Shown: positions 27,748 to 36,894 of the stretch, in pieces
How the letters are laid out: every line of letters begins with the position of its first letter
Numbering within the stretch: position 1 is the stretch's first letter
Origin: a virus
IMG/VR virus record: IMGVR_UViG_3300045988_081423
Length of the DNA: 64,000 bases
Strand: one strand, 5' to 3'
The notes under the pieces: model-generated
The model's database searches: none
Seen by the model: the letters and a program-made list of their open reading frames with translations, nothing else
What the model was told of the DNA's origin: nothing
Position numbers and translations under genes: made by a program

Positions 27748-28348
27748 TAATAGGAAACTGCAAGATGCGATTGGCGTAAAAATAAAAAGAATCCAAAATG
27801 GTTTTTATGAATCCTACGAAAGAGAGGCTAGAAATATTTTAATGGCTATCGCTCAAGAAGGGGTCAAAAAAATTAAGGAATATATAAAAAAGTATTTTTA
27901 CGATGATACTTCTGAATCTCCTTATTATGAAAGATTAGCAGAACAAGGCGGTTTTTTAGCAACTATTAGTTATACTATTATTGACAAACATGGTATGCCA
28001 AATCAAATTAGAATTTACTGTGATTGGGACAAGCTCAAACGTGTCATTCGTCCGTATAGCCCCGGTCAAACTCCACAATTTGACGCTCACAACGGTTTCG
28101 ATAATAAGAAATTTACAGAAGGATTGTACGACTACATAATGGATGGCACTTGGAACTCACCATACGGCAACCCTAGAACAAACGGAATTGGAGAGGGTGT
28201 CAACGATGAACTTTCTAATCTTCTTACTGGTAGAGCAAGACAAGAAATTGCAGCTTATATGAAGAAATATTTCAAAGATACTACCATTAAACACCGTGTT
28301 GCTGGCGGTCTTTCTGTTAGCAGAGATACAAAGAGACATAAGAAATAA
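27728..28348 (+). CDS. hypothetical protein
   Basis: Has its own GGTGA RBS plus ATG 27728. 206 aa, upstream of the TMP. Confidence 0.4.
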   Translation: MAKQTVDNRKLQDAIGVKIKRIQNGFYESYEREARNILMAIAQEGVKKIKEYIKKYFYDDTSESPYYERLAEQGGFLATISYTIIDKHGMPNQIRIYCDWDKLKRVIRPYSPGQTPQFDAHNGFDNKKFTEGLYDYIMDGTWNSPYGNPRTNGIGEGVNDELSNLLTGRARQEIAAYMKKYFKDTTIKHRVAGGLSVSRDTKRHKK

Positions 28349-28360
28349 GGAGGTGGGTAA

Positions 28361-30181
28361 ATGGCACAAGCACAAAGCGATTTATTTAGTTTTCTAATTA
28401 CACCAGAATTTGATACAAAAGATGTTACAGATAGCGCACAAATACTACAAAAAGAGCTTGAAAAAGTTGCAGAAAAAATATCAATACAAATAAGTAAAGC
28501 AATGGGAAAGGGTTTTTCGTTCCCATCTGGTTTTCAACCAAAAGATATTAATGAAGTAACAAAATATATCGAAACCCTTGGGGGCAGCGTCAAACGTGTT
28601 GGAACTGTCATAACTTCTTCTTTCAAAGATGCAAGCGGAACAGTAACAACCCTAAAACAAAACATCAACGACGCTATAAATTCTGCTCAGTTGGCAAGCC
28701 TACAATCTATGAGTGGAAATCCTAAGAATATAGATATTATAAATAAACAGTATGCTCAACTAAGAAGTTCTAGTGCTACATACACTGGAACGGAACAGGT
28801 TAAGCAACAAAACGAATTAGAACAACAGATTATTAAATCTTTGCAAGAGCGATATAGCTTAGAGGGTAAAATATCAGACGCAAAAGCAAGCGGAAACAAG
28901 ATTACAGAAACTTATTATACGCAACTAAGAGATATTGCTGTTGCAGAAGAACAACAATTAGAATCACAATATAAAGGTTCTCAAACACGAATAAATTCCG
29001 TGAAACAGCAGTTGTCTCTTGAACAACAATTGCGACAACAAAAGGCACAATCTACTGCGGAAGAAAATAAAGCTGTTGAGGCCATAAAACAATACGCAAA
29101 ACAATATCAGACTGTCAAGCAATTAGAGAGCAAAGGTCAACAAAACACTCAGGCTTATACTGATGCTAAAAATGCTTTACAGCAGTTAACAAATACTTTA
29201 ACAACGTATGGTGTTAAAGTTGTAACAAGCTCCGACGGCACAACAAAACTTGTAGCACAACAAAATTCAATGGCTGACAGCTCCAATAAGGTTAAAACAG
29301 CGTTGGACAATGCCAATGGCAGTTTAGTAAAAACTGATACTGCACAAAATTCCCTATCGCAATCTATTCAGTCTAGTGTAGAGAACTTTATTAAATATCA
29401 GGTGGCTATGGAAGCCATCAACAAAATCACTAGCGAATTCACATCTGCAATTTATGATATGAACGAAGCCATGACACAGGTTCGTATGGTTACAATGGGT
29501 AGCTATGAAGATACTGTGGCATTGGCTGATAGTTATACTAAATTGGCAAAGCAACTTGGTACTACTACGACCACAGTTGCAGAAGGTGCAGATGCTTGGT
29601 TAAGACAGGGTTATAATGCTCAAGAAGCAATGGAGATGCTAAAACAGTCAACTACGTTGGCTGTTGTTGGTCAATTGGACGCAAGCGAGGCGACTGACCA
29701 ACTCACTGCAATCACAAAATCCTATAATGTAGCTGTAGACGATACAAGCAAAATCGTAGATAAACTTGTGCAAGTAGACCTTTCCTACGCGGCCAGCACA
29801 GGTGAAATTTCTACAGCATTACAGAAAGTCGCTAGTTCTGCTGGACAGGCGGGGTTAGGACTTGATAAACTAATCGGTCTAATTACTATTTCTGAGGAAA
29901 AGACTCGACAAGCGCCAGAAGTTATTGGGTCTGCTTGGCAGAGTATCATCTCGCGTATATCAAAAATCACGGCAAAAGTAGATTTGGATGACCTCGTTGA
30001 TGAGCAAGGTATAACCCACACAATCAATGATGCAGATAAAGTTCTATCCAAATACGGAATTACACTAGTTGATACAAACGGTAAAATGCGCGAAATTGGT
30101 ACTGTTCTTGATGAAATCGGTGCAAAATGGAACAGCATGAGCACTCTTGAACAGAACCAGTTGGCTTATGTTGTCGCCGGT
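28361..30181 (+). CDS. tail tape measure protein, exon 1
   Basis: AGGAGGTGGG RBS. Coiled-coil-rich, with the conserved TMP core (...LGTTTTTVAEGADAWLRQGY...QLAYVVAG). The frame is lost after GGT at 30181. Confidence 0.75.
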
Positions 30182-30235
30182 TCGATAAGTGCTGGCGTAA
30201 AACGTACTTAATTGACGGGAAACCCCTTTAGAGTC

Positions 30236-30265
30236 TTGACAACTAAGTTATTATAGTGATATAAT
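30236..30265 (+). promoter_or_regulatory. sigma-70-like promoter inside the intron, upstream of the HNH ORF
   Basis: TTGACA at 30236-30241, an 18-nt spacer, and TATAAT at 30260-30265. Confidence 0.45.
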
Positions 30266-30525
30266 AATGGTTGGAAGTAATCAATCCAAGTATAGTAAAA
30301 TAGTCAAGAATTGGGCAACCCGCAACCAAGCAACTATGAAAATAGTTGAAGGCTCAACGACTATCCAGTTAGCGTTAAATTAACGCAATAGGAGTAGGGC
30401 GCAATTCGCTACTGCGTGGGTGAAAACCCCTTAAATCGAAATGGTACGGCATATCATAGATATGCAAGATATAGTCTATTCTCATGCAAAAGCATGAGCA
30501 TTTTTATGTTATATTGAGGTTATAA

Positions 30526-31518
30526 ATGGGAAAAGTAATCAGATGGACAGACGAAGAAATTCAATTATTAAAAGAGCATTATCCTAATGATTCATGGGAT
30601 AATATTTTATCTTTTATTCATAGAGAAAAAGGAAATATTATTACCAAAGCAAGTAAACTTGGAATCGTAAGGAATAGTCCAAATAAAAAGATTGAATGGT
30701 CTGACGAAGAGGTTGAAATTCTTAGAGGTGTTTATCTAACAACAAGGCTAGAAGACATTCCGAGACTGCATTTACCAAATAAATCCAAAGATGCCATTAT
30801 TAGAAAAATGGGAGAACTAAGGTTGCTAAAATCAAAACCTTGGACACAAGGAGAAATAGAAAAATTTATCAAATTATATCCAAACACAGACAATAAAGAA
30901 CTTTGTAAAATATTTGGAAGAACAAAGAATGCCATAATCAACGAATCTCAAAAACTTAATTTATATAAAAGCAATAGATTCACAGAGGAAGATATTGCTT
31001 TTATAAGAAACAACTATCTTAAAATGTCAGATTTTGAAATCGGAGAAATTCTCGGCCATCATTGGAGAGTCGTAAAGGATAAGCGTTTGTCTTACGGATG
31101 GAAACATTCTGAACCAATCTTAGGACAAGGATATAAAAGTATTGTTGAATTTTGTCGTAAAAGCACACCCGGTTGGAGAAATGAGAGTATTGCATATTGT
31201 AATCATAAATGTGTAATCACAGGAGAAGAATTTGACGACGTTCATCATCTTTATTCTGCGAATCTCATTATAAAAGAAGTCGCAGACATTATTCCTCTTG
31301 AACCAAACGCTTCTCCCGAAATGTATGACGAGGAATATCTTGGAGAGATTCTTGACTTATTTGATAAGAAACAGCGAGAGTATGGACACGGAGTTTGTTT
31401 GACAAAAGAAATTCATACGATGTTTCATAAAGAATATGGATTCGGGAATAATACAAAAGGACAGTTTCTTGATTTCGTAGATAAACATAGTTTTAAATTA
31501 TTAGTCGATATAACATAA
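30526..31518 (+). CDS. HNH homing endonuclease with four SANT/Myb-like W-x-[DE]-E-E repeats
   Basis: Repeats: IRWTDEEIQLLKEHY, IEWSDEEVEILRGVY, KPWTQGEIEKFIKLY, NRFTEEDIAFIRNNY. HNH region: CNHKC..DDVHHLYS...CLTKEIHTMFH. Confidence 0.75.
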   Translation: MGKVIRWTDEEIQLLKEHYPNDSWDNILSFIHREKGNIITKASKLGIVRNSPNKKIEWSDEEVEILRGVYLTTRLEDIPRLHLPNKSKDAIIRKMGELRLLKSKPWTQGEIEKFIKLYPNTDNKELCKIFGRTKNAIINESQKLNLYKSNRFTEEDIAFIRNNYLKMSDFEIGEILGHHWRVVKDKRLSYGWKHSEPILGQGYKSIVEFCRKSTPGWRNESIAYCNHKCVITGEEFDDVHHLYSANLIIKEVADIIPLEPNASPEMYDEEYLGEILDLFDKKQREYGHGVCLTKEIHTMFHKEYGFGNNTKGQFLDFVDKHSFKLLVDIT

Positions 31519-31564
31519 TATACAAAGATAGCAACTTTGTGAAATAAATAACAAAACAAGACAG

Positions 31565-34500
31565 CGCAACGTCTTTATTGCTGCTATGGAGGATTATAAC
31601 CGTGTATTAGAAGCAACTGAAGTTGCAGAAAATGCAAACGGTGTTGCCGCTGAAAAGATGACGGTTTATAACGAGTCTCTTGAAGCTGCACAAAATAGAT
31701 TAACCGCAAGTGTTCAACAATTTGCACAGGATTCTAACCTTGATAGAACCCTTGCATTAGCCTACGACGGTCTGTCCAAAATCGTAGAAATTCTAAATAT
31801 TTTACTAAATAAAATTCCAGTTTTAAGTCCACTAATTAAAGCCCTTGGTGTTGCTCTAGCAACAGCTTTCGCAGGCAATATACTTAAAAATATATGGGAG
31901 ACATCCAATTTAATCGGGCAACTTCCAAGTCTTGCGATGACTGCCACAAGTGCGATTGGGGCGCTAAATACAACATTATTTACAATAGGTTCTGTTGCAG
32001 TACCAATATGGGGTGTAGTAGCAGCCATTACCGCCATTGGAGCTGTTGCGAAAGTTGCATGGAACGCTTGGAAAGATGCTCAACCAGAGGCACAAATCAA
32101 AAAAGCAAACGAAGCCTTGCAAGAGAGCCAACAGAGTCTTGATGAGACAAATAATAAAATAACTGAAATTAACAAACAAATCTCAGAAATCAACTCTAAA
32201 GGTACTTTAACTTTAGCAGATGAGCAACAAAAAGAGAACCTTCAAGAGCAACTTGATTTGCTCGAAGAAATTAAAACAACACAAGAAGCTATAAATAAAG
32301 AAAAATCTGCACAGGCATTATCTGCCGAACAAGCAAAAGCTAAAAAAATGACACCATATAGTTCAGAAGATGTGTCTCAGTATCAAGCAGGGCTTCAATC
32401 TACACAAAATTATGCGACCGCAATATCTACTGAAAATATAAACGAATTGATTGCGGCATATCAACAACTTGAGAAAGAAAAGAAAAATCTGAACTCAGCA
32501 GACGAAGATTATGCAGAACAATTAAAAACCAACGAACAACTAACATCTTCTTTTACCACAAAGTTGTTAGAGCAAAAACAGTCTTACCTAGATGAGATGA
32601 AGGCTCTTTCAAATTTAGGAGATACAAGTTCAGAAACATATAAGGCGTTACAGCAAGCTGTTGACATGATAAATGTCACACTTGACCCGTCTAATTTTGA
32701 AACACTTAAAGTCCAAAATCTAATTGACACATCTGGAATTGAAGACAAAATTAAAGAGGCTGTTCAGGCTGGCGATAAAGCCGGTGGCGAAATGGCTACG
32801 GCATACGCTAAGAGTTTCGCAGAAAAAATATTAAAAGATACTAGCATGAAACAATCGTTTGCTGAGGCAATGGGTGTCAACGTAAACGAGTTAAATATAG
32901 ACAATTTAACACAAGAAATCCTCAGCAAATTCCAACAGATGTATAATAATATTTCTGATGGATACAATGATGTTGTACAGAATGTTTTTAGTAAAACAGA
33001 TGTTGTTAGTGCTTATGCTAGTATTCTTGAAAAAGTAAACGAAAAGACAAAGGTTTTGTCAAAAGCATACAAAGAATTGACGAAACAGGGTAGCTTAACG
33101 ACTGACACAACTCAAAAACTTATCGAACTATACCCAGACCTTGCAAAACAACTTGATTTTACAAGTGGTAAAATTACTCTCAATGTAAACGTTCTTAAAG
33201 ACCTCTATAATGCAGAATACAAGTCCGCAGAAGCAACGGTTAAGGCAGAAATTCAAAAAACAAAAGCTACTATTGCTGGCGTAGAAGCAAGAATTGCGGC
33301 ACTAGAAGCAGAGAAACAAAAACTTCTGCAAACTTTAGATGCGGGTGTTTTAAGCGGTCGAGATGAGGCGTTTGCCGAAAAGCAAATGTTGCTTCTTGAG
33401 CAATCTGGTTCTAAAGCTAATGCGAATTTGGAAAAAGCGGAAGAGCATTTAAAAGATTTAAATAGTTTACTTGGTCTTGTTCAAAACACTGCAAAATCTG
33501 GGCTAGGCTCCGGTACAAAGGATAGCTCTTCTGGGAAATCTGGTAAATCTGCCGCTGATAAAGCTGCAAAAGAATTTGAGAATGAAATCAAAGAAAAGGT
33601 TCAAAACCTAAAGAGTATTGTACAGTTGTATTCTGAGAATGCTAACTGGGATGACCCAACTGTCATCAAAGAGTTCCAAGACAGATACGACAAAATCTTA
33701 AATGAAGTCATAAACGACCCAAAAGCCAGAAAAGTTCTAGCTGATGCGTTTAATCTTGATATAAGCAATATGCCAGTTGAACAACAAATTCAAGAACTAA
33801 CAACGCTATGGCAAAAACAAGCTGGTACAATTCAAGAATCGTATCAAAAACTTCTAAAGAATCTAGCTAAAGAAGATTTGAGTTCTGCCAAGGCTGTTAT
33901 AGAAAAATATAAAAATGGTATTTATGGCGCTTGGAGTTCTGACGAAGCACTGAATGCAGCAAAAGCTGATTATCAGAAGTTTATTGACAAAATCACCAAT
34001 GACGCAGATTACAGAGCTGCTATGGCAGAAGCGTTAAACCTTGGGGATATTAGTGGAGAACCAGTAGAGAAACAAGTAGAAGCTGTTATAAACGCCTTAC
34101 TAAAGTCTACTGGTACACTTGATAACACCCAGCAAGACCTATATGATGACGCTTCTAAGAATATCAAAGCATTACAAGATGAAATCGAGGACATGATTGA
34201 TACAGCAATCGGTTTGCTTGAAAAGGCTGGCGATTTTCTGTTTGATATGTTGGATAAGATTTCTGACAGATATGATGCTCAGATTGACAATCTTGATAAG
34301 ATTTCTGACGAACTTGATGACCAAAAAGATGCCTTTGAAGATAAGATTGACCAGCAAAAAGAACTCCTGAAACTTCAAAAAGAAGAGATGGATAACGCTG
34401 ACGAGCTTGCTGAAAAGAATAAATCTATTGCAGATATTGATGCCCAATTGATGGAATTGCAATATGACAATTCAGCGGAAGCACAGGCTAAACGTCTTAA

Positions 34501-35896
34501 ACTTCTCGATGAAAGAGCACAAAAAGAAAAAGACCTTGCTGATTGGCAAAAAGATAACGATTATAATACCAAGATTGACGCCCTTGATAAAGAAAAATCA
34601 GAATATGAAAAGACAATTGAAGCAGAAAAGAAAGCAATAGAAGCACAAAAACAAACTTTGCAAGATGCTCAGAAACAATTTGAAACTACTCTGGGGAATA
34701 TCCAAAATGGTTTCAATACATTTATTAAAATTCTTAGTAGTGATTTTGTCAAGAACCTAATTAGCAAAGCACTAATTGGCACTGGTCAAGATACAGTGAC
34801 ACAATTGCTTACTGGTTATAATAAATTATTTGGTACTGGTATTGATTCTGACGTAACTGGGATAATCAAAGAAGGATATAAAAGTCTAGCAGATATTGGT
34901 AGTGACACGCTAAATAATGTTTCAAATTATAATAACAGAATTGTCAAGAGTGCGACAAAAGGTATAAAAAGTATTATCAGCAATACGACAAATGGCGTTA
35001 AGTCTATTTTTGATTCCAGTAATGGATTTATGAAAAGATTAACATCTAATGGTATATCTTCGCTAAATACGATTGGGACAAATGGCAAGGGAATTATTTC
35101 CAGTCTAGCTGGAACGGCAAATAGTTTACTGAGCAATTTGAATAGATTTGCCAGTGGGATAGGGCAGATTGCAACCAAAGGCATATCTGGTATATTCTCT
35201 GGTATTGGAGGAATGACTAGTGGAGTTGCAGGCGGTATGGGAGGCATTGGTTTAGCTGGTGCTGGCCTATCTAGCGCACTTCCAATCGCTGCAATAGGAG
35301 CGGGTGTTTTGTCTGGTGCTTTGGCAAATGTTAGTACATGGTACAATAACATCAAGCTCTGGAAAGACAAAGACAAATCTACTGGTAAAAAAATACTTGG
35401 AACAATCGGAAATCTGATACTCCCTTTCTTGCCCGGTGGTATGCTGATATCAGCCGGGAAAGCCCTATCTAGTCTATTTAAAAAACACCATACTGGTGCT
35501 GATTATGTAAAAAAACAGAATCCTATGTTGGACAAAATGTTAGGACTCGGAAGTGACGAGACTGTATCCATTCTAAAAGTTGGAGAGGCTATTGTGCCCA
35601 CATGGGCAAATGGAGCAAATAGTTCCGGCAGCAGTAATAGATTTACGGGAAGTCCATTTGGAAGTGCTGTAGACTCTGCCGTTAAAACCGCAAGAGTAAA
35701 TACCAGAACGTACTCTAGTTCCAACAGCTCTTCTATTAATATCTCTATGCCTATTAATATTCAGGGAGACGCAGATGCTTCTACTGTAAACTCTTTGAGG
35801 AAAGAGGCAGACAACATTGTGAATAAAGTTCTAAAAACTATCAATAACCAAACTAGAATTGGTGGCTATAGAAATATAAAAGCAGCAACGATTTAA
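31565..35896 (+). CDS. tail tape measure protein, exon 2
   Basis: Open frame with no RBS at the track ATG 31586. Contains long coiled coils, a Gly-rich TM segment (GIGGMTSGVAGGMGGIGLAGAGL) and a C-terminal domain. The spliced TMP is 2050 aa. Confidence 0.75.
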   Translation, partial: RNVFIAAMEDYNRVLEATEVAENANGVAAEKMTVYNESLEAAQNRLTASVQQFAQDSNLDRTLALAYDGLSKIVEILNILLNKIPVLSPLIKALGVALATAFAGNILKNIWETSNLIGQLPSLAMTATSAIGALNTTLFTIGSVAVPIWGVVAAITAIGAVAKVAWNAWKDAQPEAQIKKANEALQESQQSLDETNNKITEINKQISEINSKGTLTLADEQQKENLQEQLDLLEEIKTTQEAINKEKSAQALSAEQAKAKKMTPYSSEDVSQYQAGLQSTQNYATAISTENINELIAAYQQLEKEKKNLNSADEDYAEQLKTNEQLTSSFTTKLLEQKQSYLDEMKALSNLGDTSSETYKALQQAVDMINVTLDPSNFETLKVQNLIDTSGIEDKIKEAVQAGDKAGGEMATAYAKSFAEKILKDTSMKQSFAEAMGVNVNELNIDNLTQEILSKFQQMYNNISDGYNDVVQNVFSKTDVVSAYASILEKVNEKTKVLSKAYKELTKQGSLTTDTTQKLIELYPDLAKQLDFTSGKITLNVNVLKDLYNAEYKSAEATVKAEIQKTKATIAGVEARIAALEAEKQKLLQTLDAGVLSGRDEAFAEKQMLLLEQSGSKANANLEKAEEHLKDLNSLLGLVQNTAKSGLGSGTKDSSSGKSGKSAADKAAKEFENEIKEKVQNLKSIVQLYSENANWDDPTVIKEFQDRYDKILNEVINDPKARKVLADAFNLDISNMPVEQQIQELTTLWQKQAGTIQESYQKLLKNLAKEDLSSAKAVIEKYKNGIYGAWSSDEALNAAKADYQKFIDKITNDADYRAAMAEALNLGDISGEPVEKQVEAVINALLKSTGTLDNTQQDLYDDASKNIKALQDEIEDMIDTAIGLLEKAGDFLFDMLDKISDRYDAQIDNLDKISDELDDQKDAFEDKIDQQKELLKLQKEEMDNADELAEKNKSIADIDAQLMELQYDNSAEAQAKRLKLLDERAQKEKDLADWQKDNDYNTKIDALDKEKSEYEKTIEAEKKAIEAQKQTLQDAQKQFETTLGNIQNGFNTFIKILSSDFVKNLISKALIGTGQDTVTQLLTGYNKLFGTGIDSDVTGIIKEGYKSLADIGSDTLNNVSNYNNRIVKSATKGIKSIISNTTNGVKSIFDSSNGFMKRLTSNGISSLNTIGTNGKGIISSLAGTANSLLSNLNRFASGIGQIATKGISGIFSGIGGMTSGVAGGMGGIGLAGAGLSSALPIAAIGAGVLSGALANVSTWYNNIKLWKDKDKSTGKKILGTIGNLILPFLPGGMLISAGKALSSLFKKHHTGADYVKKQNPMLDKMLGLGSDETVSILKVGEAIVPTWANGANSSGSSNRFTGSPFGSAVDSAVKTARVNTRTYSSSNSSSINISMPINIQGDADASTVNSLRKEADNIVNKVLKTINNQTRIGGYRNIKAATI

Positions 35897-35964
35897 TTGT
35901 TAAATTGCCGATACTATTGAGCGTGCTTAATAAGTCGGCTTTATTTATAAAGAGGTGATATTTA

Positions 35965-36894
35965 ATGCCGATGGGATATCCTTTTGTTTTCAATGGCATT
36001 CAAAGTGAGTTGCGAAATGTCTCTTTGGTATTTATTGACAACTCTTATACAAATCGAACTTCTGGTGGAGACAAAAGTCTTGTTACAGCCTCTATTAGAA
36101 GAAATCCAAATAAACAATATCTTGACACAGAATATGACAGCGTGTTGCAGTTTCCTGTCGAAATTGTTTATGACCAAGCAGTTGATATTTATGAGTTAAC
36201 CGACTTAAAGAACTGGTTAACTTCTCCTGTTGGGTATGAACAGCTTCAAATCTGTGCAGAAAACTTTGACCGGTTCTATTATAACTGCATTATCCATTTA
36301 AATGAAGATTTAATTTATGCTGACGGATATCGTGGAGTATCTGCCACAGTAGAATGTGATGCTCCATATGCACATGAGTTTGACAGAATCCAAAAGTATA
36401 CTCTAAATTCAGATGTAACAAAAGTTGACACATTTCAATTTGTGAATTATTCAGACGATTTTGAGCTTATGAAGCCAGTTCTTAAATTTCATATGGCAAA
36501 AGACGGCAATTTCAGCATTAACGTAAAACATTATAGTGAAGGTAAATACATGGTTGAGAAAGATGGAAGTATTCTGTTAAATAATTCAACATATAATGAA
36601 TGCAGCTGTTATTGCAGAATGAATAATCTTCCTATTTCTTGCATTACAAAGGCTTTGGATTATAACGTTACAACCAATTTCTCTAATTTATCTGCAAATG
36701 ACACTGTTTATCTTGATAATAAGAACTGTATCATGATGCTAAATGATTCATACTCAGAAGATTTATTCTCTAAATTTAACAAGAATTTTCTTAAAATTCC
36801 TAGAGGGTTAAGTGTGCTATCTGTATATGGGGTTGCAGACAGTATGTATATAGTCTATCAAAATGCTAAACGGTTAGGGGGGAGTTACTATTAA
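35965..36894 (+). CDS. distal tail protein (Dit-like)
   Basis: AGAGGTGA RBS, directly after the TMP. The N-terminus, FVFNGIQSELRNVSLVFIDNSY...SLVTASIRRNPNKQYL, is typical of siphovirus Dit proteins. Confidence 0.65.
   Translation: MPMGYPFVFNGIQSELRNVSLVFIDNSYTNRTSGGDKSLVTASIRRNPNKQYLDTEYDSVLQFPVEIVYDQAVDIYELTDLKNWLTSPVGYEQLQICAENFDRFYYNCIIHLNEDLIYADGYRGVSATVECDAPYAHEFDRIQKYTLNSDVTKVDTFQFVNYSDDFELMKPVLKFHMAKDGNFSINVKHYSEGKYMVEKDGSILLNNSTYNECSCYCRMNNLPISCITKALDYNVTTNFSNLSANDTVYLDNKNCIMMLNDSYSEDLFSKFNKNFLKIPRGLSVLSVYGVADSMYIVYQNAKRLGGSYY

Larger units (their letters stand above)
30182..31564 (+). ncRNA. group I intron (1383 nt) carrying an HNH homing-endonuclease ORF, in the tape-measure gene
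   Basis: Exon GCCGGU pairs with intron GCUGGC (P1 helix, U-G at the splice site, 9-nt loop). The intron ends ...ACAG at 31564. Joining gives ...AYVVAG/RNVFIAAMEDY... in frame. The exact 3' splice site is inferred from frame plus the terminal G. Confidence 0.65.

Noticed and set aside
27079-28348. A programmed G/GT-type frameshift between the two ORFs upstream of the tape measure gene.
   Set aside because: The second ORF is in the +1 frame, not -1, and has its own GGTGA RBS and ATG at 27728. I found no X-XXY-YYZ slippery heptamer in the 27719-27747 overlap.
34927-35376. A 149-aa minus-strand ORF.
   Set aside because: It is antisense to the Gly-rich TM region of the tape measure protein. This is a shadow ORF.
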